Shown: positions 1-9,540 of the stretch, in pieces
How the letters are laid out: each line of letters opens with the position of its first letter
Numbering within the stretch: the first letter of the stretch is position 1
Position numbers and translations under genes: made by a program
Assembly (NCBI GenBank): GCA_017472325.1
Contig: JAFUQM010000058.1
Span: forward strand, 6,003 to 70,002
From: Lachnospiraceae bacterium
GTDB taxonomy: Bacteria; Bacillota; Clostridia; Lachnospirales; Lachnospiraceae
DNA: 64,000 nt
Direction of reading: 5' to 3'
The notes under the pieces: generated by a model
Told to the model about the DNA's origin: nothing
Seen by the model: the letters and a program-made list of their open reading frames with translations, nothing else
Databases searched by the model: none

Positions 1-495
1 TACTGCATGGCATACATGGTATGTATGGATAACAAAGAGCAAGTAGCAGAAAAATTTGTAAATCTTGTAAAGCAGAAAATAGTGCCGGTTCGTTTGGTGC
101 CTATAAATACATCGGAATTTGCAGTATGTATGGAAAAATTCTTCTCTGATAAGGCAGAAGCTGTGAATTTATGTGCAAAATCTATTATGGAGCATTTGCA
201 GAAATCGCTAAAAATAGAAGAATTTGATGAGGATATGTTAAAAGTGCAACTGGAGGATAGTTTTAGACATGGTGACATTCCATTGATACAAGTGAATGTT
301 GCTCTTGGAGCGGAAAAGTCGGAGGTGCTTATCAATCATTTGGTTTTTGCGCATACATATGTATACAGTGATGAACAATTCATAAAGGCTGCTATCAATT
401 TTGCAATTCAATATATGGGAAGCAAATCGAATATTGAGATTATGCAGGCATTTTTGCCGCGGTTAATTAAAAAGGAGGAGACGCTATGGCAATAG
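1..495 (+). CDS. Hypothetical protein, possibly 5'-partial (the frame is open from base 1). Its stop overlaps the start of the next gene.
   Basis: ORF 7..495 has no in-frame stop back to base 1. It overlaps the downstream ATG (486) by 10 nt, which suggests translational coupling. I recognise no motif in it. Confidence 0.45.
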   Translation, partial: YCMAYMVCMDNKEQVAEKFVNLVKQKIVPVRLVPINTSEFAVCMEKFFSDKAEAVNLCAKSIMEHLQKSLKIEEFDEDMLKVQLEDSFRHGDIPLIQVNVALGAEKSEVLINHLVFAHTYVYSDEQFIKAAINFAIQYMGSKSNIEIMQAFLPRLIKKEETLWQ

Positions 496-1649
496 GAGAT
501 CAGTTTTCGGGACTTGATATGGAGAATCTGATTGGCGCGCCTTTGCGTGCTGCAGCAGATGCAAGCATGCAACTTGCAGATAGTACAGCCAGCTTTATTA
601 ATAAAGTCGGTTTTGATACCGAGGGAAATGTTAGAAAAGCAACATTTCAATTTGAAAAAAAATCTTTTAATGAAGACGGAACAACCAATCAGGATGAGAT
701 GAAAGTAGATGTACCACTGCTTGCAATTGTTCCAATTCCTAACCTACAGGTAGATGAAGTCAATGTCTTATTTGATATGGAAGTAAAGGAAAGTGAGAAA
801 AGTGAAAGTGCGACAGATCTTAGTGCGACTGTGTCAGGAACAGCTAATTTGGGTATTGTAAAAGTAAATGTCAGTGGTAGTGTCAGTTCGCATAGTTCTA
901 ACACAAGAAGCACTGATAATTCAGCCAAATATCATGTGGATGTGCGTGCAACCAATCATGGTACACCGGAAGGTCTTGCAAGAGTATTGGATATGATGGC
1001 GGCATCCGTATCCCCGTCTCTAGTGAATTCTACGCCAAGAGATGCTAGTGGACAGGCACTTTCAGAAGAAAGAAAAGCGCGGACAGAGAAAATAAAAATA
1101 CTTCGTCAGGAACTTATGCAGCTTGAGACCATGCAGTCGGCAGCAGAAAAAGCATTATCAGAACAAATAAATCAGTTTAAAAGAATAGGGACACTGCAAC
1201 AAAGTCAATACCAGTCTATATTACAGCAGGTTATGAATACAGCTACAAGTGATGAGGAAAGAACGGTATTTGAACAAAATCTAGATACTATCAATTCCTG
1301 CTGGAATCATTTCCAGATGCAGATTCCATCAGCAATAAAATCAATTGCGGCAGAAGGCAAGACAACACAGAATACGGAAGGACTTTCAAAACTGTTTATA
1401 CTAAAAGGTGTTAGTGAAGATGGCAAGACAATTCAGGACTATGCAACTGGACAGAGCTATTATGCACAACTTATCAGTGAACAGGATGCTGCTGTGAATG
1501 CACAAAAAAATGTTAATGCAATGGTAGAAAACTGCAGTAAGAAAAAGATTGCATACAATAATCTGATTTCAGGTATTGAGGCAATTGAGGCGCAAGTATT
1601 GGCATCTGTATCTGTATCTGAACAGAAAACTTTATTGGAGAAAAAATAA
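486..1649 (+). CDS. DUF2589-like protein with a long Q/E-rich C-terminal coiled-coil extension
   Basis: The N-terminal helix LIGAPLRAAADASMQLADSTASFINKVGF, a beta-rich S/T segment and the KYHVDVRA...PEGLARVLD block match my recollection of Pfam DUF2589. Roughly aa 200-387 are heptad-like and Q/E/K rich. An RBS (AGGAGG) lies upstream. Confidence 0.55.
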   Translation: MAIGDQFSGLDMENLIGAPLRAAADASMQLADSTASFINKVGFDTEGNVRKATFQFEKKSFNEDGTTNQDEMKVDVPLLAIVPIPNLQVDEVNVLFDMEVKESEKSESATDLSATVSGTANLGIVKVNVSGSVSSHSSNTRSTDNSAKYHVDVRATNHGTPEGLARVLDMMAASVSPSLVNSTPRDASGQALSEERKARTEKIKILRQELMQLETMQSAAEKALSEQINQFKRIGTLQQSQYQSILQQVMNTATSDEERTVFEQNLDTINSCWNHFQMQIPSAIKSIAAEGKTTQNTEGLSKLFILKGVSEDGKTIQDYATGQSYYAQLISEQDAAVNAQKNVNAMVENCSKKKIAYNNLISGIEAIEAQVLASVSVSEQKTLLEKK

Positions 1650-1662
1650 CTTTATTTCCCCC

Positions 1663-1691
1663 TTTATAAGAACTACATTTTAGGGTATAAT
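1663..1691 (+). promoter_or_regulatory. Candidate sigma-A promoter for the TPR lipoprotein gene
   Basis: TTTATA (1663-1668), a 17-nt spacer and TATAAT (1686-1691) sit about 35 nt upstream of the ATG at 1726. Confidence 0.45.
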
Positions 1692-1725
1692 ATACGGAAA
1701 TGATAAACTGACAAGAGGGATACCA

Positions 1726-2778
1726 ATGATACGAAAGAATACAAGTCTGCTGATTGTAACCATTTTGCTGATTGCCCTTTTTTGTACTGGATGTGGTTCG
1801 GGGCAGAGTCGTGAAAACATTGAGCTGGGCATGGCGGCAGTAGAAGCACTTGATTATAATATGGCATTAGAACATTTTGAAAAAGCAGTAGTCAATAATG
1901 AAGAGCCAGAACTGTTATACAGGGGTCAGGGATTGGCTTATATGGGACTGTCCCAGTATGCAGATGCTGTTGTAGCGTTTGAAAAGGCATTGACCTACAG
2001 TAAGATGTATGTAACGAACCTTGACTATGATGTGAACTATTATCTGGCAACAGCGTATTATAAAAATGGTGAATTTGATAAGGCAATCAAAGTATATGAT
2101 GCAATCCTGAATTTACAGAAGAAAGATATTATGTCCTATTATCTGCGAGGTATCGCCAAATTAGAAAGCAATGATTTTGATGGTGCTGTGACAGATTTTG
2201 ATACGGCAGTTTCTTTGAATCCAACAGACTATTCCATGATTATAGATGTACATTGTGCATTGGCAGCGCATGGCTACAAAGAAAAAGGAATAGAATACCT
2301 GCAGGCAGCCCTTGATTTGCAAGATAAAAGTTTGACAGATTACGATAAGGGAAGAATTGCCTATTATATGGAAGATTATGAAAATGCAAGAAATCTATTA
2401 GAGCAGGCAAAGGATAATGACGACCCAGACACAATTCTGATGCTTGGAAGAACCTATGAAGCACTTGGAGATTATAATTATGCAGCAAGTGTTTATACGA
2501 ATTATCTTGCCAAAGACGAAACGCATCCTGAAATTTGTAATCAGCTTGGATTGTGCAAATTAAAAGTAGAAGATTATAATGCCGCGCTTTTGGCATTTCA
2601 GTCAGGACTTGCAATTGAAGATAATCCACTAAAACAGAAATTACAGTTTAATGAAATAGTTGCTTATGAATACATGGGAGAGTTTAAAAAAGCGGCAGTA
2701 TTAATGGAAACATACTTAAAATTGTATCCGGATGACACAACTGCCAAAAGAGAATATGAATTTTTAAAAACAAGATAA
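1726..2778 (+). CDS. TPR-repeat lipoprotein
   Basis: Signal peptide with a lipobox-like LFCTGC. Multiple 34-aa TPR-like repeats follow (A..Y/F..A...P pattern, e.g. YYLATAYYKNGEFDKAIKVYDAIL). Confidence 0.75.
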   Translation: MIRKNTSLLIVTILLIALFCTGCGSGQSRENIELGMAAVEALDYNMALEHFEKAVVNNEEPELLYRGQGLAYMGLSQYADAVVAFEKALTYSKMYVTNLDYDVNYYLATAYYKNGEFDKAIKVYDAILNLQKKDIMSYYLRGIAKLESNDFDGAVTDFDTAVSLNPTDYSMIIDVHCALAAHGYKEKGIEYLQAALDLQDKSLTDYDKGRIAYYMEDYENARNLLEQAKDNDDPDTILMLGRTYEALGDYNYAASVYTNYLAKDETHPEICNQLGLCKLKVEDYNAALLAFQSGLAIEDNPLKQKLQFNEIVAYEYMGEFKKAAVLMETYLKLYPDDTTAKREYEFLKTR

Positions 2779-2815
2779 AATTGACCTAATTAATGGAAAT
2801 GTTTAAATTTTTGCA

Positions 2816-2863
2816 ACACTATATCTTATGTCTACTACTTTATGTAAACACAAGATATAGTGT
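2816..2863. promoter_or_regulatory. Tandem NrdR boxes upstream of nrdD
   Basis: Two 16-bp palindromes, ACACTATATCTTATGT (2816-2831) and ACACAAGATATAGTGT (2848-2863). Their starts are 32 bp apart. Both match the NrdR-box consensus acaCwAtATaTwgtgt. A TTGACT-17-TACAAT promoter follows at 2871-2899. Confidence 0.8.
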
Positions 2864-2985
2864 TTTTTCGTTGACTTTTTTATAGGGCAATGATACAATC
2901 TCTATACGTGGGATTTTGTGAATGAATTAGTAGATTGTAACATTACACAGCGAAGGATTGTGTAATAGGAAGGGGATTAAGGGTA

Positions 2986-5382
2986 ATGTTTCAAGTTATA
3001 AAACGAGAAGGAGAAGTAACAGATTTTACGCTGACGAAAATCAATGATGCTATCATGAAAGCGTTTAATGCGACGGACATGCAATACAATAATGACATCA
3101 TTGATTTGCTTGCACTTCGCGTAACAGCAGATTTTCAGTCAAAGGTGAAGGATGATGGGATTCACGTAGAGGATATTCAGGATAGCGTGGAGAAAGTATT
3201 AGAACAGGCTGGATACGTAGAAGCAGCCAAAGCGTATATTTTATATCGTAAACAACGAGAAAAGATGCGTACTATGAAATCTACGATTTTAGATTATAAA
3301 GATGTGGTTAACAGTTATGTAAAAGTAGAAGACTGGCGTGTAAAGGAAAACTCTACTGTTACATATTCTGTAGGTGGACTGATTTTAAGCAATTCTGGTG
3401 CGGTAACAGCCAATTATTGGTTATCCGAGATTTATGATGAAGAAATTGGAGAAGCACATAGAAATGCTGATATCCATATCCATGACCTTTCCATGTTAAC
3501 TGGATATTGTGCAGGGTGGTCATTAAAACAGTTAATTAAGGAAGGATTAGGCGGTATTACTGGTAAGATTACATCTGCACCCGCAAGACATTTGTCTGTA
3601 TTATGTAACCAGATGGTAAATTTCCTGGGAATTATGCAGAACGAGTGGGCAGGTGCGCAGGCATTTTCTTCGTTTGATACATATCTTGCACCTTTTGTAA
3701 AAATAGATAATTTATCCTATCCAGAAGTAAAGAAATGTATCGAAGCATTTATTTATGGTGTGAATACACCAAGCCGTTGGGGAACACAGGCACCATTTTC
3801 TAACATTACGTTAGATTGGACTGTGCCGAATGACCTTGCAGAGCTTCCTGCAATTGTTGGCGGCGAGGAGATGGATTTTAAATACAAAGACTGTAAAGCA
3901 GAGATGGATATGATTAACAAAGCCTTTATCGAGACAATGATTGAAGGTGATGCTGATGGCAGAGGTTTCCAATATCCGATTCCGACGTATTCCATTACAA
4001 GTGACTTTGATTGGTCTGATAATGAAAATAATCGTCTGCTTTTTGAAATGACAGCAAAATATGGTACACCATATTTTTCAAACTATATTAATTCTGACAT
4101 GGAGCCAAGTGATGTGCGTTCTATGTGTTGTCGTCTTCGCCTTGATTTAAGAGAACTGCGTAAGAAAACGGGCGGTTTCTTTGGCTCAGGCGAAAGTACA
4201 GGAAGCATTGGTGTTGTTACTATTAATATGCCAAGACTTGCTTATCTGGCGGCAAATGAGGATGATTTTTTCAAACGTCTGAATAAACAGATGGATATCG
4301 CGGCACGTTCTCTTCATATTAAGCGTGGTGTGATTGCAAAATTGTTGGAAGAGGGTCTGTATCCATATACAAAAAGGTATCTGGGTTCCTTTGACAATCA
4401 TTTTTCAACGATTGGTCTGATTGGTATGAACGAAGTGGGACTAAATGCAAATTGGCTGCGTGCAGACATGACAGACAAGAGAACGCAGGAGTTTACGAAA
4501 AAGGTTTTAAATCATATGAGAAACCGTCTCTCTGATTATCAGGAGAAATACGGTGATTTATATAACTTAGAAGCAACACCAGCAGAAAGTACAACCTACC
4601 GTCTTGCAAAGCACGATAAGAAGAGATGGCCGGCAATCAAAACAGCAGGCAAACAGGGGGATACACCGTATTATACAAACTCTTCGCACTTGCCGGTAGA
4701 TTACACAAGAGATATTTTTGATGCATTGGATATTCAAGATGAATTGCAGACATTATATACATCGGGTACTATATTTCACGCGTTTTTAGGCGAGAAGCTG
4801 CCTGACTGGAAAGCAGCAGCAAATCTTGTTAGAACAATTGCAGAAAATTATAAACTGCCATATTATACGTTATCACCAACCTATTCTGTATGTGATACAC
4901 ATGGGTATATTGTAGGAGAACAGGCAACCTGTCCAAAATGTGGTAAGAGAACAGAAGTGTATAGCCGTATTACGGGCTACTACAGACCAGTGCAGAACTG
5001 GAATGATGGCAAATTACAGGAATATGCAAATAGAACAGAATATGATATTAAAAATTCCTGTTTGAAGCGTCCAATGACAAGTGTTGTAACATTATCTAAT
5101 TATGACAAAGATGTGACTGTGGCAGTAAAGGCACCAGAGGATGTCAAATATCTATTTACAACAAAGACATGTCCAAATTGTAAGATAGCAAAAGAGGCTT
5201 TAAAAGACGTTGCTTACGTTGTCATTGATGCAGAGGAAAATATGGAATTGGTAACACGTTATGGTGTTATGCAGGCTCCGACGTTGGTTGTTGTCAATGG
5301 TGATACTCATAAAAAATATGTAAATGCTTCCAATATTAAAAAGTATGCAGACAGTCTGCAAGCAGAAAAGGTATTCGTATAG
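2986..5382 (+). CDS. nrdD: Anaerobic (class III) ribonucleoside-triphosphate reductase NrdD with a C-terminal thioredoxin-fold extension
   Basis: N-terminal ATP-cone, a finger-loop SMCCRLRLD, a Zn ribbon (CDTH...CPKCG) and the glycyl-radical motif RITGYYRPV at aa 661. An extra ~130 aa follows and ends in a CPNC thioredoxin-like domain (aa ~721-798). Confidence 0.93.
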   Translation: MFQVIKREGEVTDFTLTKINDAIMKAFNATDMQYNNDIIDLLALRVTADFQSKVKDDGIHVEDIQDSVEKVLEQAGYVEAAKAYILYRKQREKMRTMKSTILDYKDVVNSYVKVEDWRVKENSTVTYSVGGLILSNSGAVTANYWLSEIYDEEIGEAHRNADIHIHDLSMLTGYCAGWSLKQLIKEGLGGITGKITSAPARHLSVLCNQMVNFLGIMQNEWAGAQAFSSFDTYLAPFVKIDNLSYPEVKKCIEAFIYGVNTPSRWGTQAPFSNITLDWTVPNDLAELPAIVGGEEMDFKYKDCKAEMDMINKAFIETMIEGDADGRGFQYPIPTYSITSDFDWSDNENNRLLFEMTAKYGTPYFSNYINSDMEPSDVRSMCCRLRLDLRELRKKTGGFFGSGESTGSIGVVTINMPRLAYLAANEDDFFKRLNKQMDIAARSLHIKRGVIAKLLEEGLYPYTKRYLGSFDNHFSTIGLIGMNEVGLNANWLRADMTDKRTQEFTKKVLNHMRNRLSDYQEKYGDLYNLEATPAESTTYRLAKHDKKRWPAIKTAGKQGDTPYYTNSSHLPVDYTRDIFDALDIQDELQTLYTSGTIFHAFLGEKLPDWKAAANLVRTIAENYKLPYYTLSPTYSVCDTHGYIVGEQATCPKCGKRTEVYSRITGYYRPVQNWNDGKLQEYANRTEYDIKNSCLKRPMTSVVTLSNYDKDVTVAVKAPEDVKYLFTTKTCPNCKIAKEALKDVAYVVIDAEENMELVTRYGVMQAPTLVVVNGDTHKKYVNASNIKKYADSLQAEKVFV

Positions 5383-5392
5383 GAGGATTTGT

Positions 5393-5794
5393 ATGCAAGA
5401 CTTATTTGTACGTGTGAAAGGCATTGTAAAAAAAGATGGCAAATATTTATTGTTAAAGCGTTGGGTAGATGACCGTATTCCAGATCCTTTCATATGGGAG
5501 TTTGTGGATGGTGTTGTAAATCATGGAGAGGCGCCAGATGACGCTGTGAAACGTTCTATTCATGAAGCACTTGGCGTAGATGGAAGCATAGATAAGATTC
5601 TATATACATGGTCAGGTATGCAGGAAGAAACACAATGGATAGGAATTGCATATCTGTGTAGTGTAAATGAAGATGATGCAGCGTTTGCCCTGTCAGAAGA
5701 TTTTGGAGAGTATTGCTGGGTAAAGAGAACAGAGTTTGAACAGTATATAGAGAATCCATTTGTATTAAAAGATTTAGAAGATGTCACACTGTAG
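5393..5794 (+). CDS. NUDIX-family hydrolase
   Basis: Start moved to the ATG at 5393, behind a GGAGGA RBS. The sequence WEFVDGVVNHGEAPDDAVKRSIHEALGV resembles a Nudix box (GGx5Ex7REUxEExGU, partly degenerate). Confidence 0.7.
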   Translation: MQDLFVRVKGIVKKDGKYLLLKRWVDDRIPDPFIWEFVDGVVNHGEAPDDAVKRSIHEALGVDGSIDKILYTWSGMQEETQWIGIAYLCSVNEDDAAFALSEDFGEYCWVKRTEFEQYIENPFVLKDLEDVTL

Positions 5795-5827
5795 TGACGT
5801 TTATGAAAAGAGAAAGGAACAGAGACA

Positions 5828-6757
5828 ATGATTAATAAGTTAGTATCCAAAATTCAGAAAACAAATGCACCAATTGTAGTAGGACTGGATCCAATGCTTT
5901 CTTACATTCCAGAGCATATTTTGAAAAAGGCATATGCTGAATTCGGCGAGACATTAGAAGGTGCAGCAGAAGCCGTTTGGCAGTTTAATAAAGAGATTAT
6001 TGATAAAACATATGATTTGATTCCAGCGGTAAAACCACAGATTGCTATGTATGAACAGTTTGGAATTGAGGGATTAAAGGCATTCCATAAAACGGTAGAA
6101 TACTGCAAAGAAAAGGATTTGGTTGTCATTGGAGATATCAAACGTGGAGATATTGGTTCTACATCCGAGGCTTATGCAGTAGGACACCTTGGACAGGTAC
6201 AGATTGGTAATAACAAATTCAGAGGATTTGATGAAGATTTTGTGACTGTAAATCCATATCTTGGTTCTGATGGGGTAAAACCTTTTGTAAAAGTAGCAAA
6301 AGAAGAGAAAAAAGGTCTTTTTATTCTTGTAAAAACATCTAATCCAAGTAGTGGAGAATTCCAGGACAGATTGATTGATGGCAGACCATTATATGAAATA
6401 GTTGGTGAAAAGGTAGCTGAGTGGGGAGCAGATCACATGGGCGATTCTTATAGCTATGTAGGTGCTGTTGTAGGTGCAACTTATCCAGAAATGGGTAAAG
6501 TGCTTCGTAACATTATGCCAAAAGCATATATCTTAGTACCAGGCTATGGCGCACAAGGTGGTAAAGGTGCGGACCTCGTTCACTTCTTTAACGAAGATGG
6601 TCTTGGTGCAATTGTAAACTCATCCAGAGGCATCATTGCAGCATATAAACAGGAAGCATATGCAAAATTTGGAGCAGAGAATTTCGGAGATGCTTCCAGA
6701 GCAGCAGTAGAAGATATGATAACAGATATTTCTACCGCATTAAATGCCAAATTCTAA
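5828..6757 (+). CDS. pyrF: Orotidine 5'-phosphate decarboxylase (type 2, long form)
   Basis: Motifs VVGLDP, KPQIAMYE and GDIKRGDIGSTSEAY. Confidence 0.88.
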   Translation: MINKLVSKIQKTNAPIVVGLDPMLSYIPEHILKKAYAEFGETLEGAAEAVWQFNKEIIDKTYDLIPAVKPQIAMYEQFGIEGLKAFHKTVEYCKEKDLVVIGDIKRGDIGSTSEAYAVGHLGQVQIGNNKFRGFDEDFVTVNPYLGSDGVKPFVKVAKEEKKGLFILVKTSNPSSGEFQDRLIDGRPLYEIVGEKVAEWGADHMGDSYSYVGAVVGATYPEMGKVLRNIMPKAYILVPGYGAQGGKGADLVHFFNEDGLGAIVNSSRGIIAAYKQEAYAKFGAENFGDASRAAVEDMITDISTALNAKF

Positions 6758-6784
6758 TACACGTATTTTTTAATATTATACTTA

Positions 6785-6860
6785 GCAAAGGCACTACAGA
6801 TATTGATATACACCCTGACAAGTAGACAGGGACATATCCATATCTGTAGTGCCTCTTTGC
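6785..6860 (+). terminator. Long stem-loop downstream of pyrF (likely terminator)
   Basis: GCAAAGGCACTACAGATAT pairs with ATATCTGTAGTGCCTCTTTGC. A nested hairpin CCCTG..CAGGG sits inside. The T-tract that follows is weak. Confidence 0.5.
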
Positions 6861-6995
6861 ATTTGTGGATATAAAGTATGAAAATGGACAAGAATTTGAT
6901 ATTTTAATAAACAATTTTATATATTATACACTGTGATTTGGATATAGTTGAGACATAAAGATAACTCGTCACATATGCAAGAAAGGATATGAAGA

Positions 6996-9356
6996 ATGAA
7001 GAAAAAAATAGTATGTATGTTATTGGCAGTAACGATGTCTGTCGGTATGCTTGCAGGATGCAGCAATAAAGAAGTATCTGATGAAGCAGTGAACATGACA
7101 GAAACAATGGAGGAAGCAAAAACAAAGGAAGCGGTAGTTGTACAGGAGGAAATTGACGTGGCATATAATCTTGTCTGGGAGGATAATTTTGATGGTGATA
7201 CACTGAATCTGGCGGATTGGAATTATGAATATCATGAGCCGGGCTGGGTTAATAATGAATTGCAGGAATATGTAGATTCTTCAGAAAATATTTATGTAAA
7301 AGATGGAAAATTGGTTATTCAGGCATTGAAAGCACTTGATGAAGAAGGCAATGTATATTATACATCGGGTCGAGTGAATACGCAGAATAAGCATGATTAT
7401 AAATATGGACGTTTTGAGGCAAAAGCCAAAGTACCAAGTGGAAAGGGATTTTTGCCAGCATTTTGGATGATGCCTACAGATGAAAATTTGTATGGACAAT
7501 GGCCAAAGTGTGGTGAAATCGATATCATGGAGGTACTCGGAGATAATACAGATGAAACACACGGTACATTACATTTCGGTGAGCCACATACGCAAAGTCA
7601 GGGAAGCTATGTGCTAGAGGATGGTGATTTTGCAAGTGAGTATCATGTCTTTGCCTGCGAATGGGAACCAGGAGAGATTCGTTTCTATGTAGATGGTATT
7701 TTATACCATACAGAAAACGATTGGTTTACTAAGAAAACAGGTTATGGAGAAGTAACATATCCAGCTCCTTATGACCAGCCATTTTATATGATTTTAAACT
7801 TGGCAGTAGGTGGAAACTGGCCAGGAAATCCAGATGAAAGTACGGAATTTGGAGAAAATGCAACACTGTGTGTAGATTATGTCAAAGTATATCAAAAAGA
7901 CAACTATGATGAGAATGTGACAAAACCCGTAAAAGAAGTCGTATTCAGTGAAGCGGACGAAAGTGGAAATTATATTGTAAATGGTGATTTTGCTGTGGCA
8001 GAAGATTTAACAGAAGCAGATAACTGGCAGTTTCTGTTAGCGGGAACAGGAAGTGGAAGTGCAGAAATATCAGATCATGCGATTCATATTAGTCCAAGAA
8101 GTATAGGGGATTTAGATTATAGTGTGCAGCTTGTGCAGCCGAATCTTCCAATGATTTGTGGTCATCAGTATAAAGTATCCTTTGATGCTTATGCAGAAGA
8201 AGCGCGAAGCGTCATCGTTGATATATCAGCACCAGATAATGGATGGATTCGATATCTTCCTGATACACGTGTCATGCTGACAACGGAGAAACAGACATAT
8301 GAGTTTCCATTTGATATGACTGGAAATAGTGATCCGAATGGAAGACTGGAATTCAATTTTGGTAATCAAATGTCAATAGCGGGGGTACATATTTCCAATG
8401 TCAGAGTAGAGAAGATTGGCGAATTTGAAGTTGAGACGAATGAAAAAAATGTTCTTCCGAATGGAAATTATGTCTATAATGGAGAGTTTCAGGAAGGAAA
8501 CAATCGTTTGGATTATTGGATGTTTGAAAGTAAAATGGAAGGAGCAGAAGCGGCAGTTACCAATGTAAATAATGTACGTGAATTAAAAGTGACTGTTCCA
8601 GATACAGTTGCTGCATTAGAGGAAGTATGTGTAAAACAGGAAGCTGTTGCTATCAAGGGTGGTAAAACTTATATACTCAGTTTTGATGCGTATGCTGATG
8701 GTGACAAAACAATTCAGACACAGATAGCAGAACAGGCGTGGGATGTTGCCTTAACCGCAAAGAAAGCAACCTATAAATATGCATTTACGCCAGCGGCAGA
8801 TTTAAATGGATCAGAACTCGCATTTTTACTTGGAGTATCCGGTGAAATTTATCTTGATAATGTTTGTGTTCAAGAGGATGCACTCCTAATCAATGGTGAT
8901 TTCTCAAATGGAATGACTGGTTATGAGGTCTATGCGTATAACACTTCGGATGTCAGTTATGTAATCGATAGTCTGAATGAAGATAATGCATTCAGTATGG
9001 ATATTATGAAAACGGGAAGTCTGGATTGGTATATTCAGTTAAAACAGAATGGAATTAAGCTGGAAAAAGGCAAGACATACACACTAACGATGGATGCCAA
9101 AGCTACAATAGACAGAAAAATCATGTATGCATTACAGCGTGACGGTTCGGCTGATGATGATTGGACAGCATATTCAGGCTCAACGCTGATTGATATAACA
9201 CAGGATTACCAGACATTCTCTACAACCTTTACAATGGAACATGATACAGATACAGCAACTATTTTGAGTATTTCTATGGGAGCAGTAGACGGAGCGGCTA
9301 TTTCAGATAAACATAGTGTTATCATTGATAATATTACATTGACAGAAGTACAATAA
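6996..9356 (+). CDS. GH16 beta-glucanase (laminarinase/lichenase type) lipoprotein with several C-terminal carbohydrate-binding-like modules
   Basis: Lipobox MLAGCS. GH16 catalytic motif GEIDIME, with WPAFWMMP and YMILNLAVGG blocks. About 480 aa of repeated beta-sandwich-like modules follow (repeated NGDF/NGEF...Y...F.F.A.A pattern). Confidence 0.82.
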   Translation: MKKKIVCMLLAVTMSVGMLAGCSNKEVSDEAVNMTETMEEAKTKEAVVVQEEIDVAYNLVWEDNFDGDTLNLADWNYEYHEPGWVNNELQEYVDSSENIYVKDGKLVIQALKALDEEGNVYYTSGRVNTQNKHDYKYGRFEAKAKVPSGKGFLPAFWMMPTDENLYGQWPKCGEIDIMEVLGDNTDETHGTLHFGEPHTQSQGSYVLEDGDFASEYHVFACEWEPGEIRFYVDGILYHTENDWFTKKTGYGEVTYPAPYDQPFYMILNLAVGGNWPGNPDESTEFGENATLCVDYVKVYQKDNYDENVTKPVKEVVFSEADESGNYIVNGDFAVAEDLTEADNWQFLLAGTGSGSAEISDHAIHISPRSIGDLDYSVQLVQPNLPMICGHQYKVSFDAYAEEARSVIVDISAPDNGWIRYLPDTRVMLTTEKQTYEFPFDMTGNSDPNGRLEFNFGNQMSIAGVHISNVRVEKIGEFEVETNEKNVLPNGNYVYNGEFQEGNNRLDYWMFESKMEGAEAAVTNVNNVRELKVTVPDTVAALEEVCVKQEAVAIKGGKTYILSFDAYADGDKTIQTQIAEQAWDVALTAKKATYKYAFTPAADLNGSELAFLLGVSGEIYLDNVCVQEDALLINGDFSNGMTGYEVYAYNTSDVSYVIDSLNEDNAFSMDIMKTGSLDWYIQLKQNGIKLEKGKTYTLTMDAKATIDRKIMYALQRDGSADDDWTAYSGSTLIDITQDYQTFSTTFTMEHDTDTATILSISMGAVDGAAISDKHSVIIDNITLTEVQ

Positions 9357-9540
9357 AATATGGAAAAAGGAGTCATATGCGTAATGTCATGAAGTAAAAG
9401 GGACATTGGTAATATGGCTCCTTTTATTATGTTACAACAGTGAATTGATAATTGAAATATCGTCTTTATCCCTTACGTGAAACTGTTGTGATTATAGGTT
9501 AAATATGCTAAAGTAATAGTAATATTTAAGGAGGCCTGTG

